Source of the DNA: Okamejei kenojei
Lineage: Eukaryota
Direction of reading: 5' to 3'
Assembly: GCA_035221665.1 (NCBI GenBank)
Contig: CM069161.1
Coordinates: forward strand, 868,001 to 932,000
Length of the DNA stretch: 64,000 nucleotides
Position 1 is the first letter of the stretch; each line of letters opens with the position of its first letter. The notes under the pieces are model-generated. The model worked only from the letters and a program-made list of their open reading frames with translations, was not told the origin of the DNA and ran no database searches. Positions 26,201-39,190 of this stretch are shown here, piece by piece. The position numbers and the translations under genes are program-made.

Positions 26201-27809
26201 CTAGTTTACTGTAGCAGTAGAATTCCTCACTGAAGGGTACAGTCCAGCTATTGCACGGTTCAGGAGTACCAATTTGCTAGCTACAGCTCAGATAGTATAC
26301 ACACTAATACCCCGTAGATACAGGTCTATCATTGAATAACACCCTGATCAAAAACTGGATGGTTGCCTTGAATCGTGGAAGCAATGCAATTTTAGTTCCC
26401 GACACATATTTAATTCATAAAAACAACACTACTTCAAATACCAATATTCTAAAAGCTCTTATTGTAAACGACTGTGACACACTTGGAACTGCTGCGATGC
26501 TACGCAGGGCTGGGAAGTCCCAGATTTCATGCCCACAGCATCCAGCCAGTTTATATCTGAGGCTTAGACCCACTGAGCTCACGCTAGTACAGGCAAGGCA
26601 GTAAAATGTCAGTCACGATCACCATTCAGTGCCTGTCGCTGATATGCAACATGATCAGCCTCCAGTACCCTGAAAGCTGGCTTCCACTCTCTCGTGTCAA
26701 ACCATGTTTGGCTGGTGTCCCAGAGGGAGCTCCTGTATCCTAGGATCCATCAATACCTTTGGGACTAATCAGCGATGCTACAGCTGGCATCCGTGGTAAA
26801 ACTCTTCAGCGCCATGCTGCTCTCTTTATCCTACCGGAGATGTGGGAATACCGACAGCTTCCCACTCCAGCACCCAGAGGCTCACCGTATCATTTCAACT
26901 TCAGGCACCAGACTGTTTTTTAATCTCACTCAGGATATGGATGTCATTGGAAATAAGGTAATACATTGGCACGCATAAGAAATGGGACATTTTCAGATTT
27001 TAAATCTATAACAAGTGAGGTGTCATAAGATTGGAGCCAGGGCCTCAACAATATACAATTAATATTGTAGAAATAAAGAACTGCAAAAGCTGGTTTGTGC
27101 ACAAAAGGACACAGAGTGCTGGAGTAACTCAGCGGGTCATGCAGCATCTCTGGAGAACATGGATAGGTGATGGTTCGAGTCGAGACCCTTTTCAGTCTTC
27201 AGATTGAGGCTTCCATCAATATTGATGGCTCAAAGTGATAGTGTTGAGGGGAAGAATGAGTCAATCAGGATCATACACAATTGTGGAACAGGCTCAAGCA
27301 CTAACTCCGTTTTAATGCCAGACTGGGATGGGGCAGTCGATTTCCTCCCCCACACTCCATATTTCAATACAAGTTATTTCCTTTAACTTGAAGTTTATCT
27401 ATTCATGTGTTAGCTGCGCTTCACAGCACCAGGGACCTAGGACCCATCCCAACTTTGGTGTGGAGTGTGATAGTTCACCCTGCGACAGCGTGGGTTCCCC
27501 TGGTGATTTGTTTCATCATTCAATTGCCGGAGATGTGCTGCTTGGAAGATTCATTAATTGCCCTTGGTCCAGATGGATGATTGGAGAACTGGGGAGCTGG
27601 AAAATGTTATGATGCAGAATAAGTTGCAGGAAAATAAGTGGGGGATTGGGATTACGCAGACATGGCAGAGGGTTGATGGGCTGAATGGCCTTTTATTCTG
27701 TAAAGAAGTATGAGATACAGAAAGCTTGAATCATATAATAATTCAAACATATTAATCTCTTCACATTGATCCCACCATAAGACATGAACCCAATCAGTAG
27801 TTGGCTCTT

Positions 27810-28140
27810 GTACAGATAAACAGCACAGAAATAGGCCCTTCAATCCATTAACTACACACCAAGCAAGCACCTATTTACATTAATCCAATTTTACTTTTCC
27901 CCACATTCCCATCAACTACACCCAAATTCTATACACTATAGACTAGGGAGAATTTAGAGCATCTAATTAGCATTCCAACACATACGTCTTTGGGTGGAAA
28001 CAGGAGAAAATATACAAAGTATACGAAAACTACGCATCAAAGGACGAATGTGAAAACTCCATACAAACGGCACCCGAGCTGAGGACCAATGGCCGACATT
28101 ACTAAGCACTGGCGCTACTAGCCTTGACACTGTGCTACCC
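27810..28140 (-). mobile_element. Older HE1-like SINE
   Basis: acagcacagaaataggccctt tail through to tgacactgtgctaccc head in reverse complement. Confidence 0.6.
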
Positions 28141-29149
28141 TATTTCACCTTCACAGTACCTAACAGATATCAGTGATGCCCCTGCAGAAACGAGCTGGGT
28201 TTTAAAAAAGGTTCCAGGTCTTGTCACTTGAATGTAAATTCCCACCCTACTACACTTATTCTTGTACTCAACTCTGGAACTGGTCCAGAACTCAGGCTGA
28301 TCAGTGCTGGAGTCCTGTGTCTGTGGTGTTGTAAAACCGAGACATTAAACCAGAGATCCCATCAAAGCATCGGGAGCTCACCCACACCTTCCAGCCAAGT
28401 AGGTCTCACTCATTAAACAATATCATTCTGAAGACGGCTCACGACCCCAAAGTCCACTTGTCCATATTCTACAGGGATGTTGCCAGAACGGCTGTGGTAC
28501 TCCAGCACTTTGTGTTTCGTTTTTGTAAATCCGCACCTGCAGTTCCTTATTTCTACTAAAACCAATTAACACAATGGTTGTGAAATGTTAACGTGCTCGC
28601 TGGGTACACTTCTTCCATTAATAACGGAGCTGGTTCAGTGGCAGTGGAGCACTACCTGATACCTTGTTGTGACAAGAGCCACACAGAGAGACCCGTTTGT
28701 AACATCCAAACAGATGCCAGCACTCTGTACAATGCTCCCCGCCTGTAACTCCCGGAGACGCGGGCTGCTCGCCTTCACTACGGAACACAATTTAGTGTCG
28801 GAGGCCCAGTGTGTGGGTGCGGATTCAATGCCCGCCTTCTCACCCAACCAAGTGCATCTTTCCTACGATGCGAAGGGGAAGGAGTGTTGGATTCCCCGCC
28901 GCCACACACTCAGGGGAACAATAGGGAGGGTGGGGTGGCGGCGGCCCCTGGTACGGGGAGGGTGGGGGGAGATCCGACTCCGCACAAAGACCCCCAACCA
29001 CAGCACATAGATCCCCGCGCCCCAGCACACACACCCCGCCACCTCTCCCCCACGACCAGCCTCCATCACCCCCCCCCCCCCCCCACCACAAGCACAGCGC
29101 CAGGGGCTTTAATGCCTCCTCTCCCCCGGCGGGGGGTGATCTCTATCTA

Positions 29150-29880
<731 letters not shown>

Positions 29881-31758
29881 AGATTACTTGTGAAACTCGT
29901 GCTGAATTCCGAGTACATGCTGGACGTGGGTCAAGCAGAGGTCATGCCAACTCCAGCAACGAGCTTAAAGGGGAACAGCCCACATGGGAATAATGGGTGA
30001 CCCTCTTTATGCAAGTGTGCAAACATACAACGCAATAGAGGTTATTTTTCCAGGAGGACAGCATCGCCTAGCGTGTAACTCCAGCACGGATCCAGAGGAG
30101 AGTCTTCACTTCCAGCTGTCCATGTAGACAGCTCCACGTTAGTACTCTATTTCCAAACGACCATGGTTTTTAAGGGGGGGGGGGTGGTTGGAATGTGTCT
30201 ACATATACACGTTTAAAAATAAATTGCTCCACTGCGCTCTTGAGACAGGGATGCTGAGGAACTTTTCCCAACCCATCCGCAGTGACAGCACCACCGGCGC
30301 AGAGTGCAATGTCCTTAGCAATGTTGAGGCCAACAGCGGGGACAGGTACAGATAGTAAGGCTCGAGTCCTACTCGGGTGCCTTCACGCTGCCAGATCAAA
30401 TACTCAGAATATCTACAACAATAATTGAAAACTGCGTGACCCTTGCCAAACAAACGCCCCCCCCGCATGAGATCTCACAAGGTGACCGCGGAATCAACTG
30501 CTATTGTGCCATCAAACACTAACATTAGCGGCGCAGATTAGGTCAGATGCTGCATGAGGCTAGTTATTTCTAACATTCACAAGCAATCTCACGCAAATAC
30601 AAAATCATACAATCATAAATAAATATGAACTATGAATCAGTTAAATAAAAATCAACACAATTCCTACTACATGGTTGGAAAGCTTTCTCTTCCCCACCCA
30701 CACACAATCGGTCTGAAGGAGGGAGAAGGGTCCCGACATAAACCGTCACCTATACATGTTGTGCAGAGATGCTGCCTGATCAGTTGAGTTACTCCAGTAC
30801 TTTGGGTCCTTTCCCCCCTCCCCTGATAAGTATACCACAGGTCAGGCAGGGGTGAAAGCATCTTCTACCCAACCCAACACATCGTTTTAAATCAGTGTTT
30901 ACTCGTTGTGGTCGGATACTGCAGGCCAGGCCACATCTGTTGAAAGAGAAACGGTTGATGTTTCCAGGTCAAAGACTTTTCATCAGAACAAATTAGTTTC
31001 AAGTTGCAGAGAAAGTGTGAAAGGGAAAGTAGGACTAGGGGAATATCTAATAGGGTGGCCTTGGCGTTTCCATCAGGATCAGTATCTGGTTATGGGTTTG
31101 TGAGAGCCATCAGGGAGACAAAGCACCACTAATAGGGGTAAACCTTGCACTTTAATGATCAAGTCCCACAGAAGTTAATATTTGAAGATACTTTGCTGCT
31201 GATTGTTCACTTTGGCTCAACCAATGGTCAGAAGATTCTGCATTCATGTGCATCCCTTCAAAGCCTTCATCTTAAAAATCACATATTTAAAATCAAGATT
31301 CAAAGTTCCCTGAGCTCGCCATGGTCAATGCGTGCATAATGGTTGGCTCAGATTCGTTGAGCTGAAGACCTAGTCTCCATGATATGCATCTACGACAGGA
31401 ATGCAAGCTGTGAAGTGCGGAACGATGTGAAATTCTCAGGTCAGGCCATGTTTCTGGAGAGAGAAAATGTGGTCAATATCACAGATGAATGACCACTGGC
31501 CCGACACAGAGAAAGTGAGTTACCTGACCTTCTGAAATTCAATGCATCCAAAAGATTGAAATATGTACATGGACTATTATCAAATTTCACAACTTTGGGT
31601 AAGATCCTGTTCCTCGCTATAGTCAGGCACAAAGCTAGAAACCGAGTGTGAATTGCTATTTAAAGTGGCAGGAAATTGGAAACTCAAAGTTTTTGGTTTG
31701 TAGATACAGCATTGAAACAGGCCCTTCAACCCACTCTGTCAGTGCCAAACATCGATCA

Positions 31759-31948
31759 ATGTAGGAAGGTACTGCAGATACTGGTTTAAACCAAAGATTG
31801 ACACAAAAAGCTGGAGTAACTCTGGAACAGGCAGCATCTCTGGAGAGAAGGAATGGGTGAATCGGCGACCCGAAATGTCACCCATTCCTTCTCACCAGAG
31901 GTGCTGCCTGTCCTTCTGAGTTACTCCAGCTTTTTGTATCTATCCACG
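31759..31948. mobile_element. Palindromic Penelope-derived mini-element with a 9-bp TSD, nested in an HE1-like SINE
   Basis: catcgatca at 31750-31758 and 31949-31957; arms of about 60 bp are reverse complements of each other. Confidence 0.75.
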
Positions 31949-33529
31949 CATCGATCATCCGTGCACAAGTTCTTTCCTACACACTAGGGACAATGTATAG
32001 ATGCCAATTAACCTCCACATCTTTGGGGTGCCCCTGAGGAGAGAATAGTGGTGTCCACAAAGTGGTCACTCAGCATTTGTTGCTCCAATGTGAAGGAGGC
32101 AACATCGTGAATGCTGAATGGAGCACACCGAGACTGGAAGAAATCAAAGTGAGCAATGGTTGTTTTTTTGTTCAATGTGCTGGAGGAACTTTGCAGGTTA
32201 GAGAGCATCTGTGCCATGAAATGCATGGACAACATTTCAAATCAGGACCCTTATTCAGACTAATGGAGTAAGGAGGGAAAACAACTGAAAAAGAGGAGTA
32301 GCAATGGGACAATGCCCGGCAAGTGATAGGTGGAGATCGTGACAAAGGCATGAGGTGAAATGGAGTCAAAAGGATTCAAGGAAAGGGGAGTGAAGGGATA
32401 TGGGTGGAAGGGAAAACTCAGAGTAGGGACTGTCTCGCCTATCTATGCTTCTCAATTTTATATACTTCTATTATTTCTCCCCTCAGCCTCTGACACTCCA
32501 GTGAAAACAATCCAAGTTTGTCTAACCTCTCCTTATAGCTAATATCCTCTAATCCTAGCAGCATCCTGGTAAACCTCTTCTGCCCCTCTCCAATGCCACC
32601 ACACCCTTACAGTATTGGGATGACCAAAACTGCACACAAACTCCAAATGTGGCCTAACCAAAGTCCTATAAAGCTGCAACATGACTTCCTGACTCTTATA
32701 CTCAATGTCCAGACCTATGTTACGTGAATAAGCGAACCAGTTATCTTTTACCTCCTGCCTACCGATTGCAATGAATAATGCTTTCTAGTCAGCTGCATTA
32801 TGCTGAAGGTAAGAGCAACAACATCCAAAAAGCTGGTCAGTGCGTTCAGGAATAAGTGGAAAATAAAATTATTTAGCCTTTGAATCATAAAAAAAATTCT
32901 GAAATCCATGAAACAATATATCACCACAAGTATAGACATTTCCTTACTTTCCAAAAAATACCTTTCTCATGTTGACTTCAGGGCAGCCATTTTTTAACAT
33001 CTTGCAAAATATAAATCTTTAAACCGCTCTCGATTTGAAAAGCCTTTGTATGATGCCAGCATCCAAAATATCACCTGTCTGCTCCACAGCCAGGTAGCCT
33101 TTCCTGTAACAGAGTGTAACATGTCAAAAGTTTCTCATTAACTCATATCAAGAGTTCCATCACACACTGACTGGAACATTCTGAACTAAAGGTTAAACTT
33201 CAAAACACCTCTGAAGGTAACACAGTTTTTAAAAAAAAGGTGGCTTGCATTACTTAACACATTTCCTAACCTTCAACAGTGAATTAAATACTTTTGAAGC
33301 ATTTTTCACTCGACAGAGTGAAGGTCATTGAACACAGGTCTGGTACCACAGACAGAGGTACCACATTCCCTCAGCATTGCACTGGACAGTATATTCTGCT
33401 TGCACTACTATTGTAGTCCTTCAACCCAAAACATTCTGACCCGGAGGCAACATTCTTTGTTGAGCCAGAGCCCATAACTTAGTTCTCACTTTGATCCCAA
33501 CAATCTCAATGTACCCAGGAAACAATGTG

Positions 33530-34185
33530 GCTTCAAATCAGTGTGAGGTGTTGCATTTTGAGAAGGAAATACCATGGCTTAAAAGTGGCATCACAGGTAG
33601 ATAGGGTAACTTGACCCTCATCTGTCAAGGAACTGAATATAGAAGTTGGGACATTATGTTATAGTTGTAGACATTGGCGAGTCTGCACGTAGTATTGTGT
33701 TCAGTTCTGGCCGCCCTGCCATTGGAACGATGCCATGAAGCTGGAAAGAGTGTAGAGAAGATTTACCAGGATGTTGCCAGGACTCAAGGGCCTGAGCTAC
33801 CGAGAGGAATTGGGTAGACCAGGACTTTATTTCATGGATCACAGGAGACTGAGAGGTGTATGAAATGAGGGGCAGAGATAGGGTAAATGCATATAATCTT
33901 TTTCTCTGGGTAGGTGAATCTACAACCAGAGCCATAGGTTTAGGATGAGAGAAGAATAATGTAAATTTATTTGTCCAACACAATGGATGGTGATTATATG
34001 CAACGAGCTGCCAGAGAAAGTGGTTGAGGCAGATACAGCAACATTAAAGAAACATTTGGACAGGTACATGGATAGAAAAGGTTTTAAGGGGTATGGACAA
34101 CACAAAGGCAAATGGGACGCTTAGATGGGCATCTTGGTCAGCAAGGATGAGTTGGGCTGAAGGGTCTGTTTTTGTGCTGTATGAC
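33530..34185 (+). mobile_element. Old CR1 3' fragment
   Basis: gtgtgaggtgttgcatttt, ctggaaagagtgtagagaagatttaccaggatgttgcc and the gggctgaagggtctgtt tail. Confidence 0.75.
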
Positions 34186-35589
34186 TATTCTAGCCAGTAA
34201 ATCAGATAACAGATACAGCAGTTTCTGCAACTCAGGATTATGAATATTGTAGCTGTCATTATCGACTGGTGATATAGACAAAGTCAAAAAGCCATGGTTG
34301 GTGGGGTAGTTGGCAGGAAACCAATCACTGACACCAACCAGTACACCTCGACACAAAGCACGATCGCTTCTCTGCACTCATCACTGACTGCCCATCTTCA
34401 TTCTGTTCCGTAATTGTAAGCCCTACATGATACTAATAAACCGTTATGCCAAGGGACTTAATGGTCTGCTGGTGTGTAAGACCAAAACAGAAGTGTCAAT
34501 TTTGTAAAGCTGTGATGTTTTTCTTTGTATGAATAAAACAGTAAAAGTCCTTGTTGACAAAACCTAAGGTGTGTTTAACAGAGAAACATTCAATTTATGT
34601 GCACTCAATGCAAAGGGGATCCCAGAGTGACAGCAGCTGTCATCAACAGTCCTATCAAGCACAGCTCAATCACCAACGACCTACTTGCCAATGCTCCGTT
34701 TGGGCTTCACCAGCCCATTTGACTACAGACCTTTGGAATCTGTATTCCCATACGTCACTCGAGTTATAAAAGTGAAAACCATAACCACAATCTCTCTGAC
34801 CGGTACCAAAGGCTCATTGTCGCACCACAGCCAGTGTTGAGAAAGTCCCACAGAGCCTTCTCACCAACCCCATCATACACCAAAGCACCTTCTATGTAGA
34901 CCCTATGTAGAAATTAAGAACTGCAGATGCTGATTAATACACAAATTGCTGGAGTGACTCAGCGGGTCAGGCAGCATCCCTGGAGAACATGGATAGATGA
35001 CGTCTAAGGTTAAGACCCTTCAATTCCCCCCATTTTTATCCACTTCGACTCTCTCGTCCAGTCAGTTGGTTAGTTGAGGTCAATTGAAAAGATTAGTTAT
35101 AAAGAGGGGATAGTCCCCTCTGATGTTCATCCTCCCCTCAAACAGCAGGCCTCAACTACAAAGCAGCCTGCAATTAATAACTGTGACTGTTACAAGTTAT
35201 GATTGTTATCTTAGGATAAACTTATTGAAATAAAATATGCTTGCCCCTCACCTACAAAATAGTGCACCAAGACTGTTGCACCCAGACTGGACGATCACAC
35301 CTGCAGCTGGTGCCTCAGGTATGACCAGCTTTTGGAGCATGAACACGAGCTAAAAGTTACATGCTGAAAATTACATTGATCACACAGTTTTGCAGGTGGT
35401 CACCATATGGAAAGTTGTTCAGATTGACAAATGAATGACAACCAGCAGAAGCGAGATGGGCAGATAATGAAGGAAAATTATTTCCCCGTTGAAAAAAAAA
35501 GTATTGGTGAATATACGACCGAGTCTAGCGAGTGAAGATCTCAGCACCAGGGGCGGTTCAAGCGAACTGGAGGGGAGATGGGGGAGGGG

Positions 35590-36130
35590 GTAATAGCAAC
35601 AGTCCAAGAGTAAGAGACTCAGTAACCAAGGGTATATACAGACAATTCTGCAGTCATAGATGCGAGTCCAGGATATCTTGTAACCTCCCTGATCCCAGAA
35701 TCAAGAATGTCAAGAACTGTTGCAGCACTTTCTAAAGGGAGAGGAGAAACCACCAGTGGTTGTCATTAGCACCAATTTGAACCACAATTTGAGCAAAAGA
35801 GATGAGGTCCAGCAACATGAATTTGGAGAGCTACGGGTAGGTAGCAGGTTAAAGAACAGGACCTTCAAGGTAAGTTCAGTATTTCAGTGCCGTATGCAAG
35901 TGAGTATGGGAGTGGGAGGATTCGTCAGATGAATGAATGGCTAATAGAATGGTGTAGGAGGGAGTTCATTAGATCTCTGGATCACGAGGACAATTTCTGG
36001 GGAAGAGGAACCAGCACATGCTGGATGATTTGCAACTGAACTGGAGCAAGTCCACCATCCTTGCAGGGAGATTTGTCCATGCTGTTTGGGAGAGTCTAAA
36101 CTCATTTGGAAGGGAAATGCACAAAGTAGA
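35590..36130 (+). mobile_element. Decayed CR1 ORF1 (SGNH esterase-like) remnant
   Basis: RDSVTKGIYRQFCSHRCESRISCNLPDPRIKNV and LKGEEKPPVVVISTN resemble the CR1 ORF1 GDS...CLPGARV...VVHIGTND motifs. Confidence 0.6.
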
Positions 36131-37669
36131 TGTACAGTTGGGGGAAGATACATTCTAAGCAGTGAAAATTGGCTGCTTACTTGGAGGGACACAGCCCTAG
36201 TCGGTCTTCACTATAGTTCCTGCAAAAGGTGGTCAAAAACTGCACTCTCTTTTCTGATCGATTTTAACCCTACAACACAATCTGCAACCTTGAAAGTGAT
36301 AAATGTTATTTTCTGTTGTACGGTATCATACAGATCCAGTCTGAAGAATGGTCTCGGCCAAAAACGTCACCCATTCCTCCCCAGAGATGCTGCCTGTCCC
36401 ACTGAGTTACTCCAGCATTTTGTGTCTATCTTCGGTTTAATCCAGCATCTGCACTTCCTTCTTATACATTAGACATATTCAAACAGCTAGCCTTGCGTAT
36501 ACTTTGTCATTTTAACTGTACTTATATCCAAATGTTAAAAAAGCACATATGTGTAGCAAATCTCAAATCTGAGCCAACCATAATGTTAGAAAGATGCTAA
36601 AAGAGTGGGAACCAAGTTTACTGTGTGGGTTACAGCTGCCTATAGACAGGCCCTCTGAGATCATTGTCAGTGACATGCCGTTTTTAATAGCCCGTTGATT
36701 GTGAGCTGCAGACGGTACAAACTAAGCTTTAACCTGGGAATGTGTTTAATTTGTTTTCACACTGCCCAATGGGTTAACTCCTTTTGTGTTATTTTGACTT
36801 GTCTGAGATTTCATTACTTCTTCTCTCACATCCGTGACAAAAGGCTGCAAGTTCAAGATCCGCCTCAGAACCGAGCAATCTGTGCTGTTACTTCAGGCTG
36901 CAATGCTGCATAAGAATTTAAGATGAGGCCCAGCTGCCTTTTTATTTATACATGAACTGGTTTTACAGCCATTTACAAGAGGAATATTTTCTTGTGACCT
37001 GGCACATCAGACCAAGAACTAGCAACACATCTCGTTTTCGGAGAAATGCTGCCTTTATGCATATGACACAAAGGACTGTATTTCAGATGCATTGCTGTTC
37101 CCTACCCTTCACATTCTCTCACTAGGAGTAATGATGTTGTACGAGGATTATCAGACCACCACCATAATGGGAGATTGGCAATTGCAATGGAGTTCAACTT
37201 TGCTAAACTTATCCAATACATTTAATTACTTCTTAATTTAATCACCTCTTGCGATAGTCTTGCCGTTAGCTTCTTAGTCCAAATTCTGGAATGCACCTTC
37301 TCCCTCTAGGATGTTGCTCAACACTCGTCCTCTTGCAGACAACCCAAGACTTACCTTGCAGCACCATGCGCACTCTGCTCGATTAATATTGTGACTTTAA
37401 GCATGTTGCTGTTGCATTTCCTCAATGGATGTAGAGGTCCTTTAATGTTTCCTGAATGACTGTCTAATGGCTGTTAAAATGAGGATTGCTGCTTGGAACT
37501 TTGGACCCTCAAATCCAAGGGCAGAGCTTGTTGTTTGCACACTGCATTGGTGTAGAACAGCTGAAGGAAACTAGTTAAGGTTAGGGCCGGGGCTGTCGCA
37601 CGACCCTGGACTTCAAGATTATTGAACGTGGAAAGAAGAGTGTTGGGGGGGGGTGGGGGTGGGGGGGTA

Positions 37670-39190
37670 GAAATTAGGAGACAGAGGAGGCATAAAATAT
37701 GACTGGCAGACAAGATTGCAGAGAATCACAAAGCCTTCTCCATGTACTTTAGGGGTGAGAGGGTAACCAAGGATAGGGTAGGGCTCATGAGGGACTGAAG
37801 GAGAAATCTGCATGCGAGCCACAGGAAAGAGGCAAGGATTTAAATAAATATTTCTCATCTCTCTTCATTGAGGATATTGTAGATGGAGAATTGGGGGGAG
37901 GGGGGGCATGAAATTCTAGACGATTAGCCAATACCTCCTCCTCTTTAACAATGTCAAAAATAGGTAAATCCCCAGGATCTGATGACATGCATCCGTGCTA
38001 GTGAGGGAGGAGACGCTGGGGCCCAGATGGATATTTAAATGTTTGCTTGCCACTAGCGAGATGCCAGTTAATTAGAAGACAACCTAGAGTGGTACCTTTA
38101 CTTTATTCAAGTGATAAACCAGGTACGTACAGGCTGGTTGAGTCCAATGTCAGTGGTAGGGAAATTATTGGAAAACATCTGAAAGATTGGATTAATGTAC
38201 TCTTGGAAAGACAAGGACTGATGAAACATTACCAGTAGGGCTTTATGCTTGGGAAGTTATGTCTCGAGTTCGATAATGTCATTTTTGGACAAGGTAACTG
38301 AGAAGATTAATGAGGGTAGTACAGTGGACATTATCTACATGGATTTTAGCAAGGCCATTAACATAGTAAGCTGGTTTGGTAGGTTAGATCACATTGGAAC
38401 AGGGGCAAGCTAAAAATGTGGATACAAAATTGGCTTGAAGGTAGGAGACAGGACTGAAAAACTGTAACAAATGTGTGGATTAGTACTGGATCCACTCTAT
38501 TATTATTATTATTATTTATATTAATGATTTAGATGCAAACGTAGGTGGCAAGATTAGCAAGTCGGAAAATGGCACCAATATTAGTGATCTAGTGGACGAT
38601 GAAGGAGGGTGTGCAAAGTTATATTGTGATTTGATCAACTGGGCCAATAGGCTAAGAAATGGCAGATGCAATTTAATTCAGGTAAATGTGAGGTGTTGCA
38701 TTTTGGAAAGTCAAACCAGGATAATAGGACTTACACAATAAATGAGAGGCCCCTGGGAGTGTTGTGGAACAGAAACCTAGGGATGCAGGTACATACTGTA
38801 GCTCCGTAAATATTAACCCAGGTTTACAGGGTAGTAAATAAGTCATTTGGCATGCTTACCTTCATCAGTCAGTCCAAGAACAGGAGTTGGTATATCAAAT
38901 GATAGCAGCGCAAGTCATCGTTAAGGCCATTTGGAGAACATGTATAATATGGTCACCCTGCTAAAGGAGGGATGTTATTAAACTGGAAAGGGTGCAAAAA
39001 AAAATTGGGAAAAGATTACTGGATCTGGATGGTTTAAGTTACAAGAACAAACTGGATCTTTCCCCCCTGGAGTTTATGAGGTTGAGGGGTAACTGTTCAG
39101 GTTTATAACAATGAGCGTAGATACATAATTTCCCCATTCTGCTCCCAGGGCATAGGCTTAAGGTAGAGGAAAGATTTAAAGTGGGACCCA
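37670..39190 (+). mobile_element. Old CR1 ORF2 (RT) fragment
   Basis: KSPGSD, gacattatctacatggattttagcaaggcc (DIIYMDFSKA) and tggcagatgcaatttaat (WQMQFN), with many stops and frameshifts. Confidence 0.8.

Noticed and set aside
25960-26330. TpA-rich, compositionally odd stretch as a possible viral or foreign insert
   Set aside because: No ORF of 60 aa or more in the track, and I found no motif or terminal structure.
35541-35556. REST/RE1 site TCAGCACCAGGGGCGG upstream of KCNH6
   Set aside because: Two mismatches in the GGACAG half-site and it abuts a CR1 ORF1 remnant; not supportable.
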